From Eledone cirrhosa (Eukaryota), in contig OZ024751.1 of the NCBI GenBank assembly GCA_964016885.1, positions 23,560,001 through 23,624,000 on the forward strand: DNA of 64,000 nt, written 5' to 3'. This document shows, piece after piece, positions 13,841 through 29,074 of the stretch; the first letter of the stretch is position 1, and every line of letters starts with the position of its first letter. Position numbers and translations under genes: made by a program. The notes below the pieces were generated by a model. That model was not told where the DNA came from and did not search any database. It was given only the letters and a program-made list of their open reading frames with translations.

Positions 13841-15048
13841 TATTTGACTGCATGCGTATCTAGCATTGATACAACAAATATCAGTGATACATTGGAATTG
13901 ATAATTTCGATTACTTCAAAGGTATGTGACTAATGTATAAACATATATTATTAATTTGTACATCAGCCAGAATGAAGAGACGAAATAAATATATATTATG
14001 GAATCATTATTATGGAATGCTTTTACGAAAGCCTGTAGTTTGTGAAAAACCAGAATAATCTAGTCTTACTCATACTGTTATATTGTTATTATCTCAATGG
14101 GGAACTAACTAGAGATTCTTATATCATGCATTATAGCTCTTTAATTATTACTTTGCTTTGCTGATTTATAATAATGCAAATAAGTTTACTTTCATCTTAT
14201 CATTGTGAAGATACCACAAGTAATATGCGGCTTTTGATTCAACAAACTATATGTGTACATTGACCCATATCTCCCGTTGGAGTTGTAGGGGAGTCGTAAT
14301 AAAATATAACGTATCTAGGTAATTTCAAACTTGGCGGAGCCCATAACCTCTCCAGGTCTGATCCGAGTTGATTTCTTCCAAAGAAAGAAAGCGATAAAAA
14401 AGAAGTGAGAAATAGATAGAGAAGAAGCGAGAAAAAAAGATTGAGAAGAAGGGAGAAAGAGATAGAGAGGATATGAAAAAGAGATAGAAAGGAAGTGAGA
14501 AAGAGATATAGAGAAAGAATCGACTACTGTACTGGCGTAGTTCTTTGTTAACGATCTCGCAGAGAGCTAGATCACATAGCGCAAAGCATTCTATCCGACG
14601 TTCTAACGATTCTACTAATTCGGCGCCTCCTTCCGCAAACTATATTTGTCCTTTACAAAATTCATCTTATCTTCTGTCAGAATAATTATATAATTTTCCT
14701 GATATTAATGTTGGTGGATGACCAAAATTAACTAAAACAAATAAACAAATCGCCAACGATGATGCCACGACCAATATACTTAACATTCGCTACCAGCTCG
14801 CAAATTAAGAGGCGCTATCCTGTAATATTTCGAAATAATTCCACAATGGGTGATGAAAGAGAAAAGGACGGTGTATTAGGCGACTTGTTAGTATCCAATC
14901 CTGCACTATTTCCAAACAATTTCACAATGTGTGATATAAAAAAAGGTCAGCGTATTAAGCGACGTGTTCAAACCAAGAGGCACTTTTCTGTACTGCTTGG
15001 AAACAATTCCTCAATGTTGTGTAAAGAAAAAGAAAAGGTCAGTGATTT

Positions 15049-15530
15049 CATCATCATCATCATCCGGTGGCCTCAGCCGAAATCGACTTAACAATTTATC
15101 TCCACGTGGGTCTGTCGCTCATTGACCGCTGCCAAATCCTGGATTTCAATACCAGAATCTCTGGAGATGATATCGGGATAGGAGAGCTTGCGCCCGCTGA
15201 TATTAGTGGCTGCTTGTGGTTTCTAAAGTACTAATGGGAACACAGCCCCGTAGTTGGCTCGATGGCAGTGGCCAGAAAATCAAGATAGGATGGCTTGCGC
15301 CCCCTGTTATTAGTGACTGCGTGTGGTTTCCAAAGCACTAATGGGGACACAGCCTCGTAGATAGCACGATACCAGTGGTCAGCATATCTTATTCTCCTTT
15401 TACGTACAACGACAGATATGTGTGGGAGGCCGGCATATATTTCTCTCAAAGTCAGATGTCGCCAGCTTATGTTAGGAATGCGTTGAAGTAGGCGAGTATA
15501 AATGCCATCAAGGCTCTTTTGTTATTTGGA
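15049..15530 (-). mobile_element. RTE-clade LINE 3' fragment with (GAT)n tail
   Basis: LDGIYTRLLQRIPNISWRHLTLREIYAGLPHISVVVRKRRIRYADHWYRA..LVLWKP..RGRK, matching the RTE RRLR..GH..R motif. Has an internal ~70-bp duplication. Confidence 0.75.
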
Positions 15531-16239
15531 TGAAAGGCAACCTTTTGAGCATCCAATCCATATAATCCTTGTATAACCTACGAGTGGCTTGGCCTCTTCG
15601 AAAAACACTTTATTGTTGGATTATTAATAGATAGAATGAAGTACATTTAGACAGGCACGAATTCCTGGGTGGCAATGATGCACATCTTTAAAAGTAATAA
15701 TGTTTCATTATCGTGTATCAAATACAAACTTTGAATGGATTAGGATGTACATTAGGGAAAATGGATGAAATAAAACATTTTCATTTGGATTCCTGAATAC
15801 ATTAACGGTCCTTCTTCTTCTTCCAAATGTCTTCGTAATTATGATAGACCATAAATTTAACTATATAGATTACCGTTATGAAGAGGATTTGCTGTCCCTC
15901 GTTTCAGTGCTTCGAATCATTAATTTATAGACAACAGGTAACACGCCACTATTCATGATGCCCTGTATCGTTGAAAGCATATTAAGTAGCAATATCGCCA
16001 AAGTAGTTTAATTTACATGCAATGGTTTCAGATTGTATAGAAACTGAAGATCTATTTCACTCGAAACTGAAATACTTTTATACCGCTCATAATTACTGTC
16101 CAATAGAAGGCGTATGGATCAATGGACTAATTCACTTACTGTGTGGGTCGGAGCTCGTCAAATTGGACTAATGAAACAATATTTTCATTGGTTTTTCCAT
16201 TGCTGATACTATATACCGGTGACAACTCCTGACAGAAGG

Positions 16240-16355
16240 AGCCACGTGAAATATAGTGTCTTGCTCAGGGACATAACACATCGCCTGGCCTGGGAATCGA
16301 ACTCGCAACCTCACGATTACAAATCCAATTATCTACCCACTAAGTTACGCGCCAT
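16240..16355 (-). mobile_element. tRNA-derived SINE (second family) 5' part
   Basis: Minus strand GGCGCGTAACTTAGTGGGTAG..GAGTTCGATTCCC..TGTCCCTGAGCAAGAC. Confidence 0.7.
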
Positions 16356-17098
16356 CACAATAGAGGAACATGCTAATTCCAATGTATTCTTCTATATCAG
16401 GAGTTATCCTAAACTGGAGTAAATTTTCTGAATTAAAAGGACATATGCTTCCATGTCCCTATTTTTGTGGGAATTTGTGGTCAACAAACCTTTACCCCGT
16501 TTGCTACTCTCCAACGTAGGCTAGGGTTAAGATGCATTGATTTAGTTTCTGAGTTCTGATTCAGATGTGTTAAATTAAGCATTTAAACAACTCAATAAAA
16601 CTATTTAGTTACACTATTTACTAGACCAGGCTTTAGTGGGGGATCCGGTTTAGTCACCGACCACTCGACTGTGATACAGATTGTACTGTGGTACATGCTA
16701 CCAGTAGCAGGTATCATCCTGATTTGACCATCTAGTATAGAAGTGATTAATTCATAAAAGTATTATGTCTCGTTGAAGCCCAAGAAGTTGTAAATAATTT
16801 ATCAAATCGTCGGTGCATGACACTGAGTTTATATGTGACATATTTGGCAAGAACATAAGTTTACAGATACTGTATTTGCTCTCAATGTAATCTATCTTGG
16901 TAGGAAATTACAGGTGATGTATTTAACGAGATATAATTAACCAAGGTGAATTTACAGCAGACCATCATTTTCTTAAATTAAGTGCATTCACTTTCGTTGG
17001 TGACACAAATTGATTAACTTGCATTCACACACATCATGCACTCACAGATATATACTTACACGAACCACCCCCGCTCTTGAAAACACAAGTATATACAC

Positions 17099-17173
<75 letters not shown>

Positions 17174-17452
17174 ATGAAATATATGAAATATAAGAATCAA
17201 AGAACTGTTCAAAACATTATTGTGCTTACAGCTGTTTCCTCCAAACCGAGGTTTGGATTCTTCGGAGCAATTTATTAATGAATGGACAGTTATATGACCT
17301 CCTTTTCAGCCAAGAGACATACCGATACATATGCGAATATTGTGGGTCAACATTCATTACAGCATTTAGAGTGGCAGTACACACTTCGAGATTACATTCA
17401 TAATAAAAGGTACAATCAGAAATCAAAAATACAGGTTAAAATACAACATTAA

Positions 17453-17491
<39 letters not shown>

Positions 17492-17534
17492 CATGCAAGA
17501 ACGCACATACACACACATACACGCATATATATAT

Positions 17535-18283
<749 letters not shown>

Positions 18284-19172
18284 TGTGTGTGTGTGTGTGT
18301 GTACGTGTGTGTATAGACAACTATGTATATAGCTATAATTATACAAAATATACTCCTCGTTATTTCATATAATTTTCAACGACAGAACGGGGTTGAAAAT
18401 CGAACAAGGCATGAACGGGGTTGAAATCGAACAAAGGACGATTTTGGTCTATAAATTATTTCTACTAATCTTTCCTTTGGCAGAGAAACACTGGTTCTAT
18501 GGAATTACTGTCATAATTATCATCCATAAAGCTTCCATTTTGGTGAAAATTAATTGTTTGTTGTTACAATAACAGTTATAATGGAAATATTCGAAATAAA
18601 ATAAAACGACATGACATTTTAGGCAGATGATATATTTTTTTGTATGTTTATACATACCGATATGATTGTGTCATAATAGTCTACTTTAAATATAATGCAT
18701 TAGTCTAGGAAGATTATTTCACCAACAGATGCGTAGACACACATGTGTACAACTTTAACATCATCTTGTCGACGTTCCTTCTTTTATGTCAACCATCAGA
18801 CAGATAAGTTTTATTTCAATTTATTTTTTCAAATTACAGTTGCATAATATACAAGTTTGTCTCTTGATAGCAACACACTTTGTAATGATATTGGAATGCC
18901 ACCATATTAAATATCATATGGATATAATTAACATTTCACTGATGTGTAACGTAAACTGTTTTTACTTTACTTTCCTAGATTTCTTTGTTTTCAAAACCTT
19001 TTTCATTTTCTTCCTTTTGTTTAATATAAAACAGATTTTGATGACAGCCAGATATAGGAGAAAGTACAATATATAGGAGGAAGTACAAAATCAAAACAGT
19101 GGTGCCCCTAAGATATCCAGTTAAAATTCATATTGTTTATGTCTATATTTGTTTAATTTTTCATTCACTTAT

Positions 19173-19298
<126 letters not shown>

Positions 19299-19334
19299 GT
19301 ATATGTATATAGATATATGTTTATATACATATGA

Positions 19335-19377
<43 letters not shown>

Positions 19378-19387
19378 AAGAGAGAGA

Positions 19388-20036
19388 TATTACTCGAGTA
19401 TCAAAGTTATGTTTAAATCATTTAATCGCTGACAATTGTTTCTTCCAAATTTTAGTTTGGGATCATCGGAGCATTAACAATGTTTGTACATATAATTAAC
19501 CTCCTATTTAACTGAAGAATCATATATATATACATATATATTGATGTTGTGTGCAACAGTTTAGTATATATAAGGTGTAATGGATGCGACATATATTATA
19601 CGAGAATTGTACAATAATTCAAATTCAAGTTAAAGTTATAATTAAAAGCAGAGAGTGGAATACAAGCGACAGATAATACAAGAGAATAGTCTAATAATTA
19701 AAGAAGCAATGTGAAAGGAGTATTCAAACGTAGAGAGATTGTAAACGCTTGAATACTTTAACTTGAATTTGACTTGAATTTGACTTCAACTTTAACTTGA
19801 ATTTGAATTATTGTACAATTCTCGTATAATATATGTCACATCTATTACACCCTATATATACTAAACTGTTGTTCACAACATCAATATATATGTATCTATA
19901 TGATTCTTCAGTTAAACAGGAAGTTAATTATATGTACAAACATTGTTAATGCTCCCATGACTCCACACTAAAATTTGGAAGAAACAATTGTCAGCGATTA
20001 AATGATTTAAACATAACTTTGATACTTGTGTAATCT
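19388..20036. repeat. Long diverged inverted repeat (~255-bp arms, ~150-bp spacer)
   Basis: 19388-19640 is the reverse complement of ~19788-20036 with scattered substitutions. Confidence 0.85.
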
Positions 20037-20182
20037 ATATAACTGCTCTGTAAAACAACTGATGTTCTTACATTGAGCTATTTCTCTTACTGGTAATAAG
20101 GTAGTAATAGATTACTGACCATCCCTGTTTATAGTTGTTTATAGTATAGTATATACATAACTGTAAATAGTATCTTTAATAT

Positions 20183-20470
<288 letters not shown>

Positions 20471-20705
20471 TATAAGGATAGTCGACATGAAAAAAAAAAC
20501 AACCCAAGAGAACAACGTAATGCAATAATGTTAAGTTATTATAGCGCTTGATAGAGATGTAAAAGAGTCTAACATTTCGGATAGTAGTTCTTCATCGGAT
20601 GATAGAAACAGAAAGAAGATGTTATAGGGAATGCGATGAAAAAGGATGAGAGATGAGAGCAATAAAAATATACTCCTTATTATACAAAAGCATGCCTGCG
20701 CATAT

Positions 20706-20802
20706 ATACGAAGATGGCCTGAAAAGTTCATTGGCTGACCAAATGAGGTTTATTTATCACTCCTTCATAGTCAGCCTGTGAACTTTTCAATTTACCCTCG
20801 TA
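20706..20802. mobile_element. Mariner-like MITE
   Basis: TACGAAGATGGCCTGAAAAGTTCA...TGAACTTTTCAATTTACCCTCGTA terminal inverted repeats with TA ends. Confidence 0.6.
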
Positions 20803-20919
20803 CATTTATTCATACACAAACATATTTCTCATATGCCTACATTTCTATTTCCTACATCCAAGATACTCTTTGGATTACTTTATAGAAAATATAAGAAAAT
20901 TAACGGTACTTCCCGCACC

Positions 20920-21022
20920 TACAAGGTGACCCAAGATGCGTATACATACTTCAACAGCATTCTAATAAATATCGCTTGTACAGATAATCAAAGTGTGTAT
21001 ACATTTTGGGGGGACACCTTGT
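20920..21022. mobile_element. Tc1/mariner MITE
   Basis: TA-CAAGGTGACCCAA...TTGGGGGACACCTTG-TA. Second copy at 26356-26452. Confidence 0.7.
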
Positions 21023-21344
21023 ATGTTATAATTCTCTTAAATCAGTGGAAGCTTCATCATAAACTCATCAAAATCATGGTTTGTACGCGAAGCCCTTTCC
21101 AGCCTTTAGCAATATTACTGCATAATTTCATCAATAAATCGATGCTATGTATTAGATAAGTGTCAGCTAACAGGAATATGCGCCTGCATATAACATCTTC
21201 TGTTATCAAGAATGCATATAAGGTACTTGAAGTATTGGATATATGTCATATTTTTGGATCTCACCCTAAGAGTAAATTTAAAAATAAAATATTTAAAAAT
21301 GAAATATGTGAAGGAGACATATGCCTTTTCTCTCTCTCCTTCAC

Positions 21345-21348
21345 ACTG

Positions 21349-21381
<33 letters not shown>

Positions 21382-22200
21382 TATATATATATATATATAG
21401 ACGTACACAAACACACACACACATATATATATATACACATGTACACAAACACACACACACACACACACACACACATGCACACACACACACATATATATAT
21501 ACACGTACACAAACACACACACACACACACACATGCACACACACACACACACACACACGCACGCACACACGCATACACACACAAACACACACAAACACAC
21601 ACAAACACGTTTCTTTCTCTCCCAATTCTCTCATACTTACATATTCACGTACATAGAAATAACGCCTACGTTAAGCTCGTAAATAAACACTTACACACAC
21701 ATGTAAAGACACATACATACACACACAAACACTCACAGTCATGGAGATATAAAACTTCCGCCCTCTCGAATACACATTCATACACGCACATACATACACA
21801 GACACATAGACATACACATACACATACACATACAAATACACACGCACAAACAGACACACAAACACACACACACACACATATATACATTCATTCACGCATA
21901 TACAAAACAGCAACGCTCGCGAATACACACTCATACATACATATACGCACATATACACTTATGTATCTACAAAATACTACGCCCGCGAATACACATTCAT
22001 ACGCACATACATGCACATACATATACAAACAGATACACACACACTCATACACAATCATATACACACAGAGACACTCACGCATACAAATACACAAATACAC
22101 AAATACACACCTACGCTCACGAATACACATTCATACGCACACACATACACGTACATATGCACCTTGGCACACACGCGCTCACACACACACACAAGCTAAA
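21345..22200. repeat. Degenerate (CA)n-rich low-complexity tract
   Basis: Direct inspection. Confidence 0.9.
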
Positions 22201-22424
22201 AGCAGATGTTTATCTGAACTTTTCCTCCCAATTATTCTTAAGATACACATACTACTTACAAGAGACACATATACAAATATTGTAGCTGTCAACATATATT
22301 TCGCATTAACACGTATGCATACATATATATGAAACAATATGCTATATACTAGGACACATTTATGTAGAAGCATACACAGAAACACAACACACACATATAT
22401 ATATAATAATATATATAGAAATGA

Positions 22425-23530
22425 TTGTTTCTACTTTTGGCACAAGGCCAGCAATTAACCAGTACATTACTGGTACTTTATTTTATCGACCCCGTATGGA
22501 TGAAATGCAAAGTTAACCTCGGCGGGATAGAAATAATCACAGTAAATTGTGTGTCTAAAATTACGAGGGCAGCTTCAGGTTACATTTATCAAACCAATAT
22601 GGTATTTCTACCCTCGTAATTTTAGACACACACTTTACTGTGTTTATTTCTACATATATTATTATATAGTTGTTTCTACTTTAGGCACAAGGCCAGCAAT
22701 TACCTATTGCATTACTGGTACTTTATTTTATCGACCCCCGTAAGGATGAAAGGCAAAGTCAACCTCGGCGGGATTTGAACTCAGATCGTAAAGGGACGTA
22801 ACTATGCTGTAAAGCATGGCGTCCGACCCTCCACCGATACTGCCAATCCACCGCCCTATAATGCTCAGTATTTATACTTTGAGCTTGTTAATTACAGGGT
22901 ATCAATATGAGTTACTAACTCCGTATTTTATTTGTATTTCAGCTCCCTAACTAGGTGAGCTTATAAGTTTGGTGTATTAAGGCTATTGTCTTTAGCATAT
23001 CCACTCACACCACTTCTAACGTCCAGCCCACGAGGTGAGATATTCATTGGTGGGGCTTTAAATTGTATGTGCTTGTTCCATTTAATATTATCTCTCTCTG
23101 AGGAAATCTTACGGATTATCTGTTACAAACACAATTTTCAGGGCGAAACAGATTAAATCTCTAATCTGTCCGAGAGATGAAATAGTTATTGAGACGGTCT
23201 GTATATATATTCTACATCTTCCGTTTGCTTCAGGTTACATTTATCAAACCAATATGGTATTTCTACCCTCGTAATTTTAGACACACAATTTACTGTCTTT
23301 ATTTCTACATATATTATTATATAATTGTTTCTACTTTAGGTACAAGGCCAGCAATTACCCAGTGCATTACTGGTACTTTATTTTATCGACCCCGTAAGGA
23401 AGTAAGGCAAAGTCAACCTCGGCGGGATTTGAACTCAGATTGTAAAGAGACGTAACTATTGGACAGTATTTATACTTTGAGGTTGTTAATTACAGGGTAT
23501 CAATATGAGTTAATAACTGTATTTTATTTA
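22425..23530 (-). mobile_element. Three SINE copies within a ~330-bp local duplication and a short fold-back
   Basis: SINE reverse complements at 22425-22530, 22670-22857 and 23322-23458. 22572-22920 resembles 23228-23530. Inverted repeat at 22538-22642. Confidence 0.75.
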
Positions 23531-23639
23531 TATAATATATATAGATGAGAATCTCATCTATATTAAAACTTTTATACTCTGCTATGTATTGAGTACCTTA
23601 CTTACTGTGGTTACCCCCGATTCAACCCGGAATAACTTA

Positions 23640-23684
<45 letters not shown>

Positions 23685-23690
<6 letters not shown>

Positions 23691-24462
23691 AAGAATTCAT
23701 ATCTAGTAACATATATATACATACAGATGCATATCAATGCTAGCAAATATATAGGTTTTGTCTTAATAACAGTGTGGTTCAATGCATGGGGTTGCAGAAC
23801 AATAATATAAGAGACGTAAAATAAGAAAATTATAAAATTAACTTACTTACTAAAATATCACTTCCAACTAATTAGTTTCTGGAATGGAGTAAATATATTT
23901 TCCGAAGAATAATATGAAGAAGCATCCCGTCGTCAGGAAAGTCTATTCTCATGTAAGTTTCCAGGCAAAGCGAGGACACTGGAAACTTATTAAAAAATAA
24001 TTCAGTGGATAGGAAATAGCGAAGCGTGGACTGAATTCCAAGCCATTGAGAAAATCACTGCCTCTACGTCTGTGGCAAATTCAAAAAGAATCGAACACGT
24101 GACATCGAGGTCAATCAGTGGAAAGTGGTTTGCTAATAAGACAGCGGCCTGCCTACAACCGTAGCAGCAGTCATGGCCAATATTGCTCGACAAATAATTT
24201 GGAGATAATAATAAAGAATTCATATCTAGTAACATATATATACATACAGATGCATATCAATGCTAGCAAATATATAGGTTTTGTCTTAATAACAGTGTGG
24301 TTCAATGCATGGGGTTGCAGAACAATAATATAAGAGACGTAAAAAAGAAAATTATAAAATTAACTTACTTACTAAAATATCACTTCCAACTAATTAGTTT
24401 CTGGAATGGAGTAAATATATTTTCCGAAGAATAATACAGAGAAGCATCCCGTCGTCAGGAAA

Positions 24463-24463
<1 letters not shown>
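23685..24463. repeat. Direct duplication of ~257 bp (23685-23942 and 24207-24463) with a spacer, bounded by (TA)n
   Basis: Near-identical sequence from ATAATAAAGAATTCATATCTAG to CCCGTCGTCAGGAAAGT. Confidence 0.85.
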
Positions 24464-24918
<455 letters not shown>

Positions 24919-24984
24919 ATAATTTGGTAAAGATATCCAAGCGCTCAACCCATGGGACAAGTTTTATTGTTATTAAATTCAAGA

Positions 24985-25175
24985 ACGGAGGATTAGCAGT
25001 ATCGGTTGAGCGTCGGACGCCTTGAGTTGCAGCATGGAGTTACGCCCCTTTACGGGCTGAGTTCAAATTCTACCGAGGTAAACTTTACCTTTCATCCTTA
25101 CCGGGTCGATAAGATAAAGTGCCAGTAATGCACTGGAATAATTGCTGGCCTTGTGCCAAAAGAATAAACAATTAT
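24985..25175 (+). mobile_element. tRNA-derived SINE (main family)
   Basis: Diverged A/B boxes, central domain and tail. Confidence 0.8.
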
Positions 25176-25681
25176 TAAATTCAAGGACGCGCCTTTCTTC
25201 CTAGTAAGTTGGGTTTGCGCGTCCTCGCGTTTCTCCCTGTTATGTCTTTGTTGTAGTATTAAATTTAATATATACTAGCACAAAAACCATCCATCGGGTG
25301 GTTTTCTGCTAGAATGTGTAGTGTGCATATTGATATTATACGCAAGTATATATGCATGATACATCAAATAAAATCGTAATTGACAATATACACAGAAATT
25401 GAACGAAGACTGCGTTACACTGACTTATGTAATCAGTAACGTAATTCATGATACATTAAAAAAAGACGATATTATATATAAACTGCATTAGGAGAAAATT
25501 AGTGACGGAAATATATGAATGTTTATTTAAGCGATCGCTAATCTGAAGTAAATTTTAAAGAAGTGAATCTTAAAATTTTGTAGATAAATTATGTAATATT
25601 CATTCATTATTTATTCAAAGTAATGAATGAATATTACATAATTTATCTACAAAATTTATCTACAAAATTTATCTACAAAAT

Positions 25682-25873
25682 GGCCAGTGGATTGGCAGTA
25701 TCGGTAGAGGGTCGGACGCCATGCTTTGACGCATAGAGTTACGGCCCTTGCCATTCTGAGTTCAAATCCCGCCGAGGTTAACTTTGCCTTTCATCCTTAT
25801 GGGGTCGATAAAATAAAGTACCAGTAATACACTGGGTAATTGCTGGCCTTGTGCCAAAAGTAGAAACAATTAT
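25682..25873 (+). mobile_element. tRNA-derived SINE (main family), full length
   Basis: All diagnostic blocks present. Preceded by a fold-back at 25574-25656. Confidence 0.88.
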
Positions 25874-26141
25874 TTATTCAAAGTAAACCAATTTAATTTA
25901 CAAACGGGATAAAAAAACATTATCTAGACGCAGTCTGGCACTCCTTAGTTTATTATAGTTTAGATATTAAAACTTACCCCATGAACTGAGTGCTCTCCAC
26001 CATGGATACCTTTCCAAAATTATTGCTATAAATAAATGAAAAGAAATATATATATTCGGTTTGGATTTTATTTCTATGTGAAAACTTGCTTTCGTCAACA
26101 CACCAACACACACACACCAACACACACACCCACACACAGAC

Positions 26142-26174
<33 letters not shown>

Positions 26175-26355
26175 CACACACCAACACACACACCCACACA
26201 CAGACACACACACACACACACACGCACACACACACACACGCACACACACACATGAATACATGTATACATATGCACATGATAAACCTGCATAAATACTTAC
26301 ATGTAATATATAGAATATAAACACACGTAGAATGATATCAATTGTACACCGTATA

Positions 26356-26452
26356 TACAGGGTGCCCAAAAAATGTATACATACTTCAACAGCATTCTAA
26401 TAAACATTGCCTGCACAGGTAATCAAACTATGTATATATTTTTGGGGACACC
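26356..26452. mobile_element. Tc1/mariner MITE
   Basis: TA-CAGGGTGCCCAAAAAATGTATACA...TTTTTGGGGACACC. Homologous to 20920-21022. Confidence 0.65.
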
Positions 26453-26776
26453 AAGTTGGTGTAATATTAATGCTATTGACGTCAAGTATGAAAGTTGTTG
26501 AAATTTGTTTTTCTTCTACAAATTTCTACAACTTTCATACTTGACAACCCAATATTTTACACTATTCACAATAACCATCGAAAAATATCCTTCAACATAA
26601 GAATCATTAGAAAACTCATTATTTTTCTGATCATAAAAAACACCAAATACGATGACATTTTACAAATTTAGCCACTTATGTTTTATTTTTATTTGAAGTT
26701 GAAACGAAACGTCTAACCGGTTGAACTTTACATGTTCATATTTATTCCAGCGAATAATTTTCTCTCTGGAATATAA

Positions 26777-26830
<54 letters not shown>

Positions 26831-26831
<1 letters not shown>

Positions 26832-27020
26832 TGAATGAGGCCTGCCCATTCGACACGAGAGTGCAAGAGAAGGAGAGGGAGAAAATTAATCGATACCAGG
26901 ACTTAAAGTGGGAGGTAAAAAGGATTTGGAACTGCCATGAAGTCAAAGTCGTCCCGATTGTCATAGGCGCACTAGGTACTAACTCAAAGAGTTTCTAAGG
27001 ATGGTTAAAGAAAATTAGTC
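26831..27020 (+). mobile_element. R4/Dong-like LINE fragment (restriction-like endonuclease region) next to (TAA)n
   Basis: ACPFDTRVQEKEREKINRYQDLKWEVKRIWNCHEVKVVPIVIGALG matches the RLE K..KY..L...VVPIVIGALG motif. Confidence 0.75.
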
Positions 27021-27280
27021 CAGCCCCACATTAACGTTACATGAGTTCTATTCATCCTCTTGTTAATTTCTTCTCTCTATCTCTATTGTAATATTTTTTT
27101 TCTCTCTCTCTTTCTCCAGTGTCATTTAAATAAACGGTTGTTTTTCAATTATTTACATATTCATTTGCATATTCACACATAAGTTTGAATAATCCCCAAT
27201 ATATTTCCACTATCCAGTGAATTTCCAACCGATAAGGTATGATTTTCATGGGTATGTCTCTATTTATAAAACAAACTTTG

Positions 27281-27345
27281 TATTTTATCTGATGAAAGCG
27301 CACCAGTGTTGTCTTGGTTGCCCTTGAAATATATGTAATAAAATA
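27281..27345 (+). ncRNA. Minimal type-I hammerhead ribozyme (family B)
   Basis: TATTTTAT CTGATGA AAGCGCACCA..TGGTTGCCCTT GAAA TATATG TA ATAAAATA, followed by the family tail TATGGTTTTATAAATATAGTTTCCATT and (TA)n. Confidence 0.78.
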
Positions 27346-27385
27346 AATATGGTTTTATAAATATAGTTTCCATTTCTTTAATATT

Positions 27386-27446
<61 letters not shown>

Positions 27447-28719
27447 CAAATGCTTACACAATAATGAGCATTGTCTCGCTTCTCATTGTTTAGACATCAA
27501 TACAACCTATTTTGGACTTTCAATATGCTTAGGTTTATTGTCATATCTTAGTTACAAATATAAATTTGATTAGTCTATAATTGTAGTTCAAACTCGAGTG
27601 AACGGTTAATCAGTCTGAATGATTTATATCTATGCATTTGAATCTTTTTGTTTTTCATTTTAAAGAAGTGATGAAAATGTATAAAAATATAATATAAAGC
27701 TGTGTTAAAATAATGTAAATAATTTAACCATGTTCAACTTTTGAGAATAAAAAAAAAATACTATTACAGCCTCGATTATACTTTTAGGAAGAATGGTATT
27801 TCTTTTGAGACTTCTTGGCACGAATAGAATTTACTTGTCATACAAATAACTACCATCTCGTTTTAATTCCAATTATTCCGTAAGGGTTATTTCTTTTAAT
27901 GTTCCTTGTTGAATAAATAGTGAATACAGCTTTGAAAAGAATATGTTATATTACTATTCTCTTACAAGACATAAAACTAGTTAGAAATGATTTACAACCT
28001 GCTACAATCTTTGCTCCTAAATCAACTGTTCAACTAAACATTGGAATCTAATAAATTACCGAACATAAACCTTAGATCACGCCCCCCCCTCCCCAAAAAA
28101 AACTAAAACCGAATTTCAAACACAAACATACACAAACACAAACACACATTTTGATTTTGATTGATGAAAAAATGCAATTTCATTTTTCTATTCTTAAAAT
28201 CTAATATGTTCATGAAACTAAACAATTATGCATGCTAAAAACACAATTTTGAATAATGTATGCTAGTCTCGGTTTTGTAGATTAAACTTGATGTTTCTTC
28301 GTACATTTCTGAACAATAAGCGACATACCGGCGACATTGCAGCACAAACCAATAGTAAATGTTACGATTGTCTTACCACAGAAATTCTAATTTTTCATCG
28401 TTCTGTAAACATTGATTATACCTGACCTTCAGCATTTACTCGCATGGCTGAATATATTTCAATACAACTCTAATTACAGAATGTAGAGGACCTATTGAAG
28501 ACTTTTCAAATCTCTTGTAAATGTCACACAATTAAAATCAACACAGACATATACACATACATTCGAACAGACACACAGATAGACTAATACACAAGTTCAC
28601 ACATATACACAGACATATTTTTATACAAGTTGGGGTACAAACGAAACAAAAGGGGAATCAATACATAATATAGAAGTTGATGATATATTCACAATCTGAC
28701 TAATGTACGCATTATGAGA

Positions 28720-28962
28720 AGGTTACGTGGCCAGCTTTTCCTTTTTACATTTCATCTATATTTTTCCTCGTATTTGAAAGAGATGCCCGTATGTACGACC
28801 ACGAAGACTAAGTAAAGCAAACATATTTTGAATATATAAAATCAGCAGTTTGACATATTTTTGCATTACTAAAAGTTTTGTGGCCGTACATACGGCCATC
28901 ACTTCCAAATACGATCACACACATATGTGAAATGTGAAATGGATAAGTTGGCCATGAAACGT
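28720..28962. repeat. Degenerate inverted repeat (~110-bp arms), MITE-like
   Basis: CGTATTTGAAAGAGATGCCCGTATGTACGACCAC pairs with GTGGCCGTACATACGGCCATCACTTCCAAATACG. Confidence 0.65.
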
Positions 28963-29074
28963 TATATAAAGGAGTAACATTTATTAATGCAAACGTATTC
29001 ATAATTAGAACTATGTATAAAATAGAAACGTCGAATAGATTGCTTTGCAGTATTTCTTCTACTCTCTTTACACC

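Noticed and set aside
19505-19565. CTGAAGA plus stem resembling a hammerhead
   Set aside because: No GAAA or NUH after the stem in either inverted arm.
25274-25315. CTAG plus hairpin as the 3' end of the large Helitron
   Set aside because: It is 3.8 kb from the Rep remnant with unrelated insertions between; linkage cannot be shown.
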